Of a stretch of DNA of 62,097 nucleotides, positions 51,946 through 62,097 are shown one piece after another. The stretch's first letter is position 1, and each line of letters begins with the position of its first letter. The notes under the pieces are model-generated. The model searched no databases and was not told the origin of the DNA. It saw only the letters and a list, made by a program, of their open reading frames with translations. Source of the stretch: Tubiluchus corallicola. Taxonomy: Eukaryota > Animalia > Priapulida. The stretch is taken from the NCBI GenBank assembly GCA_030141605.1, contig JAQGDQ010001111.1:1-62097 (forward strand). The letters are read 5' to 3'. Made by a program: the position numbers and the translations under genes.

Positions 51946-52905
51946 CTTTTACACAGTGTTGCCTGCCACCCAGTGGCAGCTTAGATAATACTATCAGGTG
52001 CATCATCAAGAACTAGATCATTGAGAATTCCTTTGGAGATTCAACTAACGTGAGTCGCTTCAGTAACTGAAATCTTCAATAAATTGTCGCTTCAGTAACA
52101 GTAACTCTCAGCTCGCTCCTCTGCATATTGACCGGAGATGCGCCATGAAAAGAAATACATTGGTGAAGTTTTGAAAAATTTTTAAAATTGCTGCTTGTTT
52201 TAAAAAGTTGATCAGTATTCTTGTGCCAAAAAAACAAATACAAATATTACCTGCTTAACATGTTTATTGAGCGTAGACGATCGTTTCGACTATTACAGTC
52301 ATTTTCAATACTATAAATCAAGCCAAACAAGTAATAATTAGTACTTTGATGATACTAAAGTACAAAGGCATAAAGTGTCATTACAAATCAACAGATTAGA
52401 ATTTAAATTGTCAAAGTAAACGTGGATACATTTCGAAGAAATTTAAAAGAAAAGGCAGAGAAATGTAAAAAAATTACGAATTGTGTTGATTTTAAGTAGC
52501 TTAGGTAAAGTATAAAATTTATACTTTGCCTAAGCCGTTTCCGAACTCTGTATAGATCCTAACTATTACGAAACACATCTAGGTGAAGTGTGAAAATGCC
52601 GCAGGAAAATGATTTATTTCACACTTTTCCCGAAATGTATAGGTGCTATATGAAATTTTATTCACTGCCTAAATTTTACACGTTGCCTGTAACATATATG
52701 TGTAGTCAGTGATTGATAATGGTGCTACGAACATATAAAACACACTTTAATGGCGTCAGCTGTGCATTGAGTTCTAGCTTCTTGGAAGTGAAGCTTTTGT
52801 ATAAAAATTCTCTTCCTTACTGACCTATTAATCTCTGTGTAGCCTTTCCAAGAAATCAGTTTCATTCAATATGAATTCTGTAAAATGAACTTTTTGAGAG
52901 TTAAG

Positions 52906-55441
52906 TCAAAATCGCGTGACTTGTGTATAATCAGCATACACTTCGTTTTGGCTATTAGTTGTTAACTGGCTACGTGATCCTGTGTTTATATCCTGTTGAC
53001 TTAGACCGAAGTTTTCTTTTGCTCGATTCTGGTACTTCTTGTCAAAGTAGCATAACAACAGGGAGACTGGACAGCCCATGATGTACATTGATCCAAGTAA
53101 ATACAATGATGCAGACACTCTACCAGTAACATCAAGCAGATAACCTGACAATTGAAAAAAAATCATTTAGTCATTATTATAATCAGATGCCATTTACTAC
53201 GAATTTAGGAATTTTAGCACGTGTCATACTTTTAAGAAATGTATTAATTTTTATTATTTCAGAGCTGTTTTCTTTAATTAAAGCTACAACATGAGTCTGT
53301 CAGAAAAGTCAGTTCAAGTAAAATCAATAAGAAGCACAACTTTTTCCAATCTTTCAAATCATTCGACTCAACATAAAAAATAAGCAGTTAATAAATAGTT
53401 AACAAAGACTTAATAAATTTAAACTATATATGTTGAGAGTTATGAAGTGATTTGTACAAATTAGTGGTGCTAAATCAATGCTGGTTTACGTTTTCGGAAG
53501 TGAAACTAATGAGGTTGTGGAATAGCTGTATCCTGCTATAATTTCCCAGTAAACGTTTAAACTTGAATACCATATTTTCTTGAAATAAGCACTTAGTTTT
53601 TTTTTAAGTGTTTGCTTTTGTAGGCGCTCTAGTGTGCTTTGGATTCCAGAAAGTGACTGACATTTCAGTTCAGTTATCTCTTCCAATAGGGTGCAATCGC
53701 TCAATCGTGTTTTGCTAAATTTCACAATTTATATCCAGAGATATTCCAGGCCTCATGAAAGAGCAGAAACTTTGTTCACAGAATTCCGGTATATTTTCTC
53801 CAAATATTTATTGGTTGTTCCATGGTGTGTAATTTTTGTACCATTTTTTGAAAAACACTCTTGATATGTCATTGCTATCGAATCAGTATACATTTATTTA
53901 TTAATCATTGGTGTATCTAATAAAAATATTTGAGATTGCAGTAATGTTTGTACATTGAATGTCTATTGAACAACAGTAAGGCATTTTTAATACATAAAAA
54001 CTTATCTGGGTCACTGCTTTTTACCTGTAATAACTGGTAAGATAAGCATAGCGATTGCTTCAAAGAATAAAAGTGCTCCTATTCCACTACCAAACTTGGC
54101 AGGACCCACTATGTCTGTAAGCATGGGGTGTATTAAAGAAGCGACTCCACTCATTAACATTCCCATCAGAAATACAGCAATAATTAACTGCAGGTCTTCT
54201 GATGCCAGTCCAACATAAATGACCACTATACCACATACCAAACACAGTAACGCCATAGATAACTGCCTCGAGATATGTTTACGCATGATACCAATGTCCC
54301 AAAGAAAAGCCCATAAAAGTCTTGCACCAAGGTCCGCAAGTGCTAATGCAGTTACTGCAGTCGCTCCACTGATAACAGTGTCTTCAGTTTCTTCTGTCTT
54401 TACGGGCAACAATGCAAAGATTTGAAAGTAGCCAAGATGCCCGCCAATCAAGAGAATGTACAAGATGAATCTTTGATCACGAAACACCGCCCAGTGAAAC
54501 ACGAATTTACTTTCTTTGACACTTTCCGGTTTGCCTTCATAAGAGTTGCTTGTTATCACACGATTTTGTTGACTAGCTTTCTGCACTTTGGGTGTCTTTA
54601 TTAGTAGCCCCATAGCACAGATATTAAGGATAATTGCACCACTTATTAATACAGATCCGGTCCAATTAAATTCGTGTAACAAATATTCTACAAGAAAAGG
54701 AAACACTGCCGCACCAGCAGTTGACCCCGTAGCTAGCACTGCAAATGCTGATGCTAATCTATTTTTGAAGTAAAAGGGTACAATTGAGGTGACTGGATTT
54801 ATGGCAAAGCCACTGCCAAGACCTATGAAATGAAATAAGACAATTATTACCAATTATCCTTTAGCAAAAGCATTTACAGATAAACAACATGTTTAATGCA
54901 GTCTCAATTGTAGTTATATAAACATGCATGTATATCTAACTGCTTTATACCGCCTACTTCGTGACTGCCAACTTATATACACACGTCATGTCGATGCAAA
55001 TATGGACATTTTGTTTTGTAAAAATATGGTTGGCGTTATAAAGGGGGGCGTTGTAATGATGTTTGACGTAAATTTTCTATTTTGCTCAGATGAAGACATA
55101 TTAGTCGAAAGCTTAGCAATAAAACATTAATAGTTTGCTAATTTTGTGGGTTTATTTTTTATATATTATATATATATATACATGCTGTACTATTATGTTA
55201 TATATTTACATACATGTACGTGTATACGTATATATAGTGCTGCTTTTCTGTTTCAACTGCTGTTGTTTCTAGAACATTAGTAAATTAAGCTACGCACCAA
55301 GCAAAAACCCGTACGTGATAAACAAAAACCAAAGGTCCATGGCAGCATATGAAAGTGCTAGTCCACATCCTGCTAGAAGACCTCCTAATGAAATGATCTT
55401 AGAATGGCCATATCTGTACACCAAAGCACTTGCAAGAGGAG
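52906..55441 (-). CDS. SLC16/MCT-family transporter, paralog F, partial (exon 1 not in window)
   Basis: Exons 55298-55441 (144 nt), 54025-54822, 52906-53144, all open and phase 1. YFKNRLASAFAVLATG, TM8 ADLGAR; closest to E (ISGA, RLLWAFLWDI, IVGPAKFG, SLYLLGSMYI.GCPVSLLL). Confidence 0.9.
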
Positions 55442-56179
55442 CTGAAACCGCAATAAAAGCTTTTTGTCAGTATAGTGGAGTATCCCACTAATAACTTCAG
55501 CACAAATTTAAATAATAATTATTGCCGTATATCACGTAACAAAAGCTAAACGAGCACAGGTTTTTCGTGGTGTATTGGAAGCACGCATTTCTGCTCTCTT
55601 TTTAAGCAAACTTGTTATTGTGCTGCAGCAAACATTAGCCAAGTTTCCCTAAACATGATGCTCCAGTATGAGTGATAATTATCAAACGTCAACCATATGA
55701 GAGTCTATCAATTTTGCCGAGGCTTCTTTCTACGTGAAGCACAAGTATAGTATAGCACGTCTGTTTATAGAAATCTGTGCCAGGAGGCCAATTTGTAGAA
55801 TAATGGGGTACAATTTTTGTTGGCCGATATATGCTTCAGCTAGGTTTTTTGATACTTTAAATGCAAACTGCTAAAGTAGGAGTCGAAATGTGTTAATTGG
55901 ATCGATTTCAAATGTCGTGCGAATATTGCAGTTTCAATAACAAAGAACGGGGGATGTTTGTGCCAAACTTGTAGACATTTTTACTCTATCGCGGATGCTT
56001 AATTTCACGGCTGCAGTGTCTTTATATCAGTATGCAAATTAATGCAGTCAAGTGCACCGATTTTACAAAAAATTTCATTCTTTAAAAAACTTCTTACGAT
56101 CCAGCAACTAGAATGCAAAAATGCCAAAAATATAGTATCCTAAATAGAGTAAACAACAACGCGAACGAGAAAGTAACTA

Positions 56180-56384
56180 CGCCATTAATTAAAGAATGTA
56201 CCAGCTTTGTCTCAAACACCAAGACGACAAGAATAAATTTAACAACTTTATTATAACTCGCAAAGCAACGAGGTTGTAACTAGAAAGATGAGCGCAACCA
56301 GAAAACAAAGAAGTTGAAAACAAAAGGGTATCATTGCAAAAGGGATAAAGTTGATAATACTAACAACACGCATGTATACTGGCG
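56180..56384 (-). repeat. 3' LTR (about 205 bp) with CGCCA...TGGCG termini
   Basis: Matches 61914-62097 with 2 mismatches seen (gggtatcatt vs gggcaacatt); AATAAA on minus at 56247-56252. Confidence 0.9.
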
Positions 56385-56387
56385 TGG

Positions 56388-56407
56388 CTTCTCTTTTTCT
56401 TTTTCTT
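56388..56407 (-). other. Polypurine tract
   Basis: Purine-only run (A-rich, ending ...AAAAAGAGAAG) on minus, 3 nt before the 3' LTR. Confidence 0.85.
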
Positions 56408-56754
56408 AACCGATGGCTAGAAACAAAATCAAACAACATTTAGTATACATGTAATATGACACGAAAGGTGAAACTTGTAACTGGAATTACAATACAAACG
56501 ATATAGAATGTAATTTATGAAATCCATAAGTGCACAACATTAATATACGTTATTTATCATGAAAACAGTATGTGCTTATACAGTAATGCGAACATAAGTG
56601 CATTAACGATAGCTGTCACAGTATTACATATAGAAAGAGGTAATACACAGATGACCAAACAAATTAGCATTAAGTTAATGATTTAGGGTAATATTATCAG
56701 GTTATGTTACTCAAAAATGCAATACAAAATTCGTGTGTATCTTACATTATAAAG

Positions 56755-59700
56755 TCAAAAAGGCACACTTACGACTTGATGTGTAAATGCTGGAGAAAAA
56801 GGATAAAATTCAGGTAACGTAAGATATTTTGGGGGGCGACGACTGCGTTTTGGATGAGAATAATCAGTGGCTGGAGGGGTAGGTTGCTCGGCTGAAGTGT
56901 CACAAGTCGGGAACAACTGCTGAGGAACAGCAAATGCCTTGTCTGTATAGCTGTAAGATGGGGGTGAAGAAAGAGTGGTGGGTATCAATGGCTGTTGGGG
57001 AATTGGAACAGCAGACACAGCCTCGGACTCATCGTCATCATCGCAGAAACTATGTTTTAACAGAGGCGGAGGATACTTGTCATGATCTGTGTGGGTCGGA
57101 ACTAAATAACATTCAGAGTGCTTTACTTTATAAGATGAGGCACGCAATTGCGAACCAGTAAATTTTTTTTAAAGAGCCATTCCCCATCAATACCAGTGAC
57201 AAGATACCTGCTGCATGCCTGGGATTTATCGCGATCTGAGTAAAGGTAGACTAAGTCTCCTATATTGATAACAGGGTGATTAGGATTTCGTCTACTGGGA
57301 CATTTAGAGGATTCGCTGTGTGAGTGATTGGCCTGACACTGCGTGTGTTGGGATATGATAGTATCTCTGTCAGAAATGGGTAACTGGTCATGAGAGAACT
57401 GGTCGCGCTGCGTCCACAACTCCAGGGAGGACAAGCCGCCATGGCGGATGCGAGAATTTAGGCGAGAGAGAGCCATAGACAAACCTAAACGGGATACGGG
57501 TCCGCCTCCAGGTTCGTGGCGCAAAAGTTCTTCCAATTCTTGGATCGCACGCTCTGCAACTGGGTTCTTATTTGGATTTTTGATACGTCCAATTTCCAGA
57601 GAAAGACCAAGTTGCAGAAGAGTGCTGTCATTGGAAAGAGCACGAAAGCCAGGAGCAGGATCCTCTCTGACTACTGCAGGATGGCCGTCTGGAGGGTGAA
57701 GATCTAAGCAAAGGCAAGCAAGAGCTTCACGAAAGGTGTCGCTTCTTTCATCTGGCACGATGCATGCATTTGTATAAGAAGTGGATGTTTCTCGCACTAC
57801 TAGGATAAGTTGGCGATGACGTTTAAGAATGTCCGCAGCAAAGGACAGACCAACGGCATTAGGAGGAGAATCAGATGACTGGCTAATAAGACTTTGGGGA
57901 AACTTTTTCAGAGACGAGCACATGTGGCATGAGTCAGTAACTCGATCAATGGACTTTGACATGTCTAAAGCAAAGAAGTAGCGCCTGACAATGAGCTGAA
58001 GCTGATGCTTTGTAGGGTGATTAAGCTTTATGTGAAGAGCTGTGAGAAGGCCTTCCAGAACAGAACGTGGAACCACGATGAGCTCCATGGAAGGGTGCAA
58101 TGGCTCATGACGGCGCACAACCAATAAGCCATCCTTAGCAATTGTAGCGGCATTGAGGTACCTTTTAACATCTTTGATGTTAGTGCATTTCTTTGACGGA
58201 CGCGTTCCTTGCCGAAGGTGGGCATGAGCACGACGCAAATCTGGACAGCCAGACTGGATGTCCCTCCATGCTGATCTGGTGGTAAAGGGCAATGGAGCAG
58301 TACAATTGATGATGTCCTGAACTGAGGCGGAACGGACAACAGAATCTTCGGTCTGTATGATAAATGAGCAGATCTGACAATGTGGTTCGTTGCACTCAGG
58401 TGCATTTCTACTTGCAAAATCCGAAGGAATATTGGCATTTCCTGAGAGGTGCCGGACAGTTACCTGGTAGCGGCTTACGGTGGATAAAAATGACGTGACA
58501 CGAGGACTGGCGGAAAATTCGCCTCTACAAAGCTTTTCTATAGCTTGAACACATTGTTTGCTGTCCGTTAGTATGCAGGGGTGAGAAGTCAACTGTATAA
58601 TAAAGGGACTAAAATGTTTGACAGCAGCAGCAATGCACAAGGCTTCTACCTCACAAGGTAACCATGTAACCTGATGTTTGCGTAACTTGGCACTGAAAAA
58701 TCCGGCAAGGAATAATTTTGAATTGCGGGTAACATACAAAGTAGCACCGATACCCCTTTTTGTGACAGATCCATCAGTTACTATCCACAGCTGATCTGAA
58801 GGTACTGGTAAAATTATGGATTTGTGCATAGATAGGGCTTTTTGAGCAGCGGCAAAATGGTGGTGTAATTCATCGGTCCACTGCAGCTTGTCACGTGACT
58901 GCAGTCCAGCGATGGCATCCTCTAAAGGGGCCAACACAAGGGAACAGCCAGGTAAGACACGTCCAAGTACTTTATGTGCACCAATAAATGATCGAAGACC
59001 ATGGACTGTATCTGGTGCAGGGCATGTTGATAAGGTGGCTATGCGGTGAGGGCTAGCAGCAATGTGGCCTTGTGTCCAGATCCATCCTAGTATGGTGGTT
59101 GACTTTGGACAGATGATAGTCTTTGTGGGAGATAAGTGGATGTTAGACTTGTGAAGAGCATCAAGAACCCGATGCCAATTGTCCAAGAGTTCTTCAGGGG
59201 TATCACCTCCACAATAGAGGTCATCTGCTAATTTAGAAACAAAGCCATCTTGGAGAGAGTCACCGAGGATCCGACACATTAATTCTTCTAGTGCCGTTTC
59301 GGAACCAGGCATGCCCATGGCACATCTGGTGTACACTCTGATGCCATGGAATGGAGTAGCTACCCCACAATATTTCATAGAAGAATGTTCTAATGGAATC
59401 TGATAGAAAGCATCAGTTAGGTCAGATACAATGATGTAACGCCAACGGGCGATAGTTTGTAGGATAGTGTTGGCATCAGGCATTAAAGATGGCTGGGGCT
59501 TGCTATATCTGCCAACATCTGAAAAGGCTGTTACAAGACGATGACCACCTCTGCACTTTTTTACTAAGAATGAGGGGTTTAGGTATTCGACAGTAACATT
59601 AACATCTTCAGGGCGACGGACTACACCCTGCGCTTCAAGCTCATCAAACTTTGCTTGCAGCTCTATGAGTTTATCTCGTGAGTATTGAGGTACTCTGCCC

Positions 59701-61682
59701 TTGCGCTGTGGGGGCTGTACGGGACCCATATTGACTTTGGATGCGAACTTGCCAGCAGCGCCATTGTACCCACTGATATTGGGGCTAAAAATGCCATCAT
59801 AGTTTTGTAGTAGCTTCTTGAAGTTGGCACGAGATTGAGGCCTTAGGATGTTATCTGGGTCAACGGTGACGGCATCTGAGTAACGAACAGGTGGGTTCTG
59901 CTTGGCATTATGCATTTGAGCCTGGGGTAGGTTTTGGGAATCCTGGCTATTAGTAATAAGTTTGGAACTAGTTACCGAATAGGTCTTGCAAATGTGTGCG
60001 CATTTGGGTATTGTGAGTGGATCAGAAGAAATATTCGGAATGCGTATTTTTCCTGCTACAGCTTCAATTATGTCAGGTTGAGGCCAAAGTGAGGGGGCTT
60101 TGGCATAGTCGGTATGAGGCTCTATGGCTAAAGGGCTGTCAGGGTCCACAGAAGAGGGTACTGATAGCTCTAAGTACTCGCCAGGCCAAATCATAGTAGG
60201 AGTTGAGGGTGCACGCAGAACATGGGCATAGCAAATACTGCTTTTGGAGGTGTTGGCAGGGGGAATATCATATTTAGCAGTGTCTGAGCCTTTTATGCAA
60301 ACTTCTTTCCGAGCGGGACGAACTGAGATATCGTTAACTATGAGGAAAGGAGTTCCAGCCAAGATATCAACATCCAAATTACGCACTACTAGGGCTTCTA
60401 AACAGAGATTGTGAGCATTTCGGGTAACAGTTATGCGTGTTTCACCTATGATGTCCAATGGGGTAACCCCATCAGCTTGCAAAGCGGACTGAGTAGTTTG
60501 CTGAATGGGAACACCAATTAGATGGGCAATAGCTTCCTTGATCATGCTGGTTTCAGCACCCGTGTCTAGGGTTATGTAGATTGGATGATGTTTGTAGAAA
60601 ACTTTCAAATAAGGAGATTGTTTTGTGCTGACTCGATGTGCAGTAGACACACAACGGAGATTATGGGAAGCACACTCATCATCGTCATCGGCGTCAGGCT
60701 CTGTTGTGTCAATGTTATGACAACTATCTGCACACTCTTGACTGTAGTCTTCCTCAAAGCTGATGGTCTGACGGGCTCTGGCGAAATATTCCTTATCTTC
60801 CTCTGGTAGGTACTGGCATGTACTGAGAAAATGTTGAAATCTAGCACGACCCGCTTGTTTGCATAACGGGCAAATTTTTGTTGAACGACGCGGTTGCTTT
60901 TTCCGAACCAACGGCTGTTTGCGTTTGGAATAATCTGGAAATTGTTGGAAGGCTGTGCGTAACACTTTAGCATCGGCTGATGCCTGAAGTTCCTCTAGTA
61001 AAGAATCTAGTGCCAATGAAATTTCTGGCTTCAGTGAGGCAAGTGTTTTTGATCTTAGCTCTGTACCATACTTTTGCTTGACTAAGCTGGGTAGCCCAGG
61101 ATGTAAAAGTCGAAGCCAAGTCAGAATGATTAGGTTCTCTAAGGTGGGTGTAATTTCCTCATCACTAGTTTGATTCTCACCGTGGTGTTGTATACCACCT
61201 GCAGCGCGTAAGAGGTTATCCTCAATGAAATTATTTAAACGCTGGAAAAGATCTTCTGGACGTTCGTCTGGCTGCATACGAATATTATTAAAATCCAAAA
61301 AATGACCACCTGTTGTTTGGAATCCGAAATGCTGTCTAATTGTTTGCCATATACTAGTCAATGATGTTGAGTTTTTGACAATGGAATTTCTGGAAATAAT
61401 CGGACAATAGTTGGCAATCTGTCCCAGCATTAAATCTAGATGAGTGGTCTTTTGTGCGGCTGTGCGGCAGCTTGCAATGGGAACATTTTCATCATCATCT
61501 TGCAGACCTCGTAAAGGTGCTGCATTTGTTTTCTTATGCCAGGTCGCACCTTCAACTAAAAAATCTGCAAAATTCTGATCTAGCGATAGAGTGTATTGCA
61601 AATTTTGGCGCCATGCTTAAAATGATGTAATTGTCTCTTGCTTTGTCAGACACCACTGTTTTGGAGCACGAGTAGTGGCCAT
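56755..61682 (-). pseudogene. gag-pol polyprotein, single frame, with one nonsense and one frameshift lesion
   Basis: ATG 61682 MATTRAPKQWCLTKQETITSF*AWRQNLQ (TAA 61617-61619), in frame with the 1492-aa ORF. Zn knuckle CPLC..H..C, protease LDTGA, RT KLADDL, RNase H VTDGS/EVEAL/LTDSK/SDFASR, integrase H..H..CHMC, FAADI, EDPAPGF, NPVAERAIQE. Frameshift at the T-run 57163-57170 into KKFTGSQLRASSYKVK...PKRSRRPPKYL. Confidence 0.9.
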
Positions 61683-61893
61683 ATCCTAACACAAATTGGG
61701 GGTGTTTATTAATCAGTCACGTGGGTGATTATTAGTGCTAGTTCGTTCGAAAATTGCGCTGATAAATTTGAATTCTTACGTCTTTACAGCTATGGAATAA
61801 GCTGACTGGTTTTGGTTAGATTTAGACGGATGCATGTACACTCTCGACAAACCAATTATAAGGTCCACTGGCTTTTCTGAGTACGTAGTTCGT

Positions 61894-61913
61894 AGTCACA
61901 CCGGCAGCCACCA
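61894..61913 (-). other. Primer-binding site, tRNA-Leu-like
   Basis: TGGTGGCTGCCGGTGTGACT starts immediately after the LTR end TGGCG; resembles the complement of a tRNA-Leu 3' end (TGGTGGCAGCGGTGGGATT), imperfect. Confidence 0.6.
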
Positions 61914-62097
61914 CGCCATTAATTAAAGAATGTACCAGCTTTGTCTCAAACACCAAGACGACAAGAATAAATTTAACAACTTTATTATAACTCGCAAAGC
62001 AACGAGGTTGTAACTAGAAAGATGAGCGCAACCAGAAAACAAAGAAGTTGAAAACAAAAGGGCAACATTGCAAAAGGGATAAAGTTGATAATACTAA
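61914..62097 (-). repeat. 5' LTR (truncated by window end, about 21 bp missing)
   Basis: Direct repeat of 56180-56363. Confidence 0.92.

Larger units (their letters stand above)
56180..62097 (-). mobile_element. Ty3/Gypsy-type LTR retrotransposon, nearly full length (5' LTR cut by window end)
   Basis: Direct repeats 56180-56384 and 61914-62097+, PBS next to the 5' LTR, PPT next to the 3' LTR, gag-PR-RT-RH-IN order. Confidence 0.95.

Noticed and set aside
51963-51984. Hairpin ctgccac-cca-gtggcag as a Helitron 3' end or CTCF site
   Set aside because: No correctly spaced CTRR terminus; a single short motif is not sufficient evidence.
10057-54773. Plus-strand ORFs antisense to SLC16 exons (10057-10434, 31451-31765, 48046-48450, 54219-54425 and others)
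   Set aside because: Shadow frames of hydrophobic-codon exons; no independent coding signal.
56755-57147. Separate env-like or ORF3 gene in the retrotransposon
   Set aside because: It is the frameshifted integrase C-terminal tail; no signal peptide or TM segment.

Overview
AT-rich animal (probably invertebrate) genomic DNA with spliceosomal introns; every gene found is on the minus strand. (1) 1-6.8 kb: a UFM1 gene built from micro-exons that the ORF track misses (coding exons 6822-6823, 4759-4815, 4265-4322, 2093-2165; last exon not in the window). A near-identical inverted copy of its exon 2-3 region, at least 1.66 kb, lies just downstream of exon 4 (arms 1-1662 and 3734-5407). (2) 9-55.4 kb: a tandem array of six diverged SLC16/monocarboxylate-transporter genes. 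They share one phase-1 exon layout with a 144-nt exon 2; five are complete (four coding exons) and one lacks exon 1. An intronless GT31 beta-1,3-glycosyltransferase sits between the first two. (3) 56.2 kb to the end: a young but mutated Gypsy-type LTR retrotransposon with non-canonical CG...CG LTR ends, inserted in sense orientation upstream of exon 2 of the sixth transporter. Scattered throughout are LINE fragments, SINE/MITE relics, a decayed TIR element with a PIN/FEN1-like reading frame, and microsatellites. All alignments and counts were done by eye; no database search was run.
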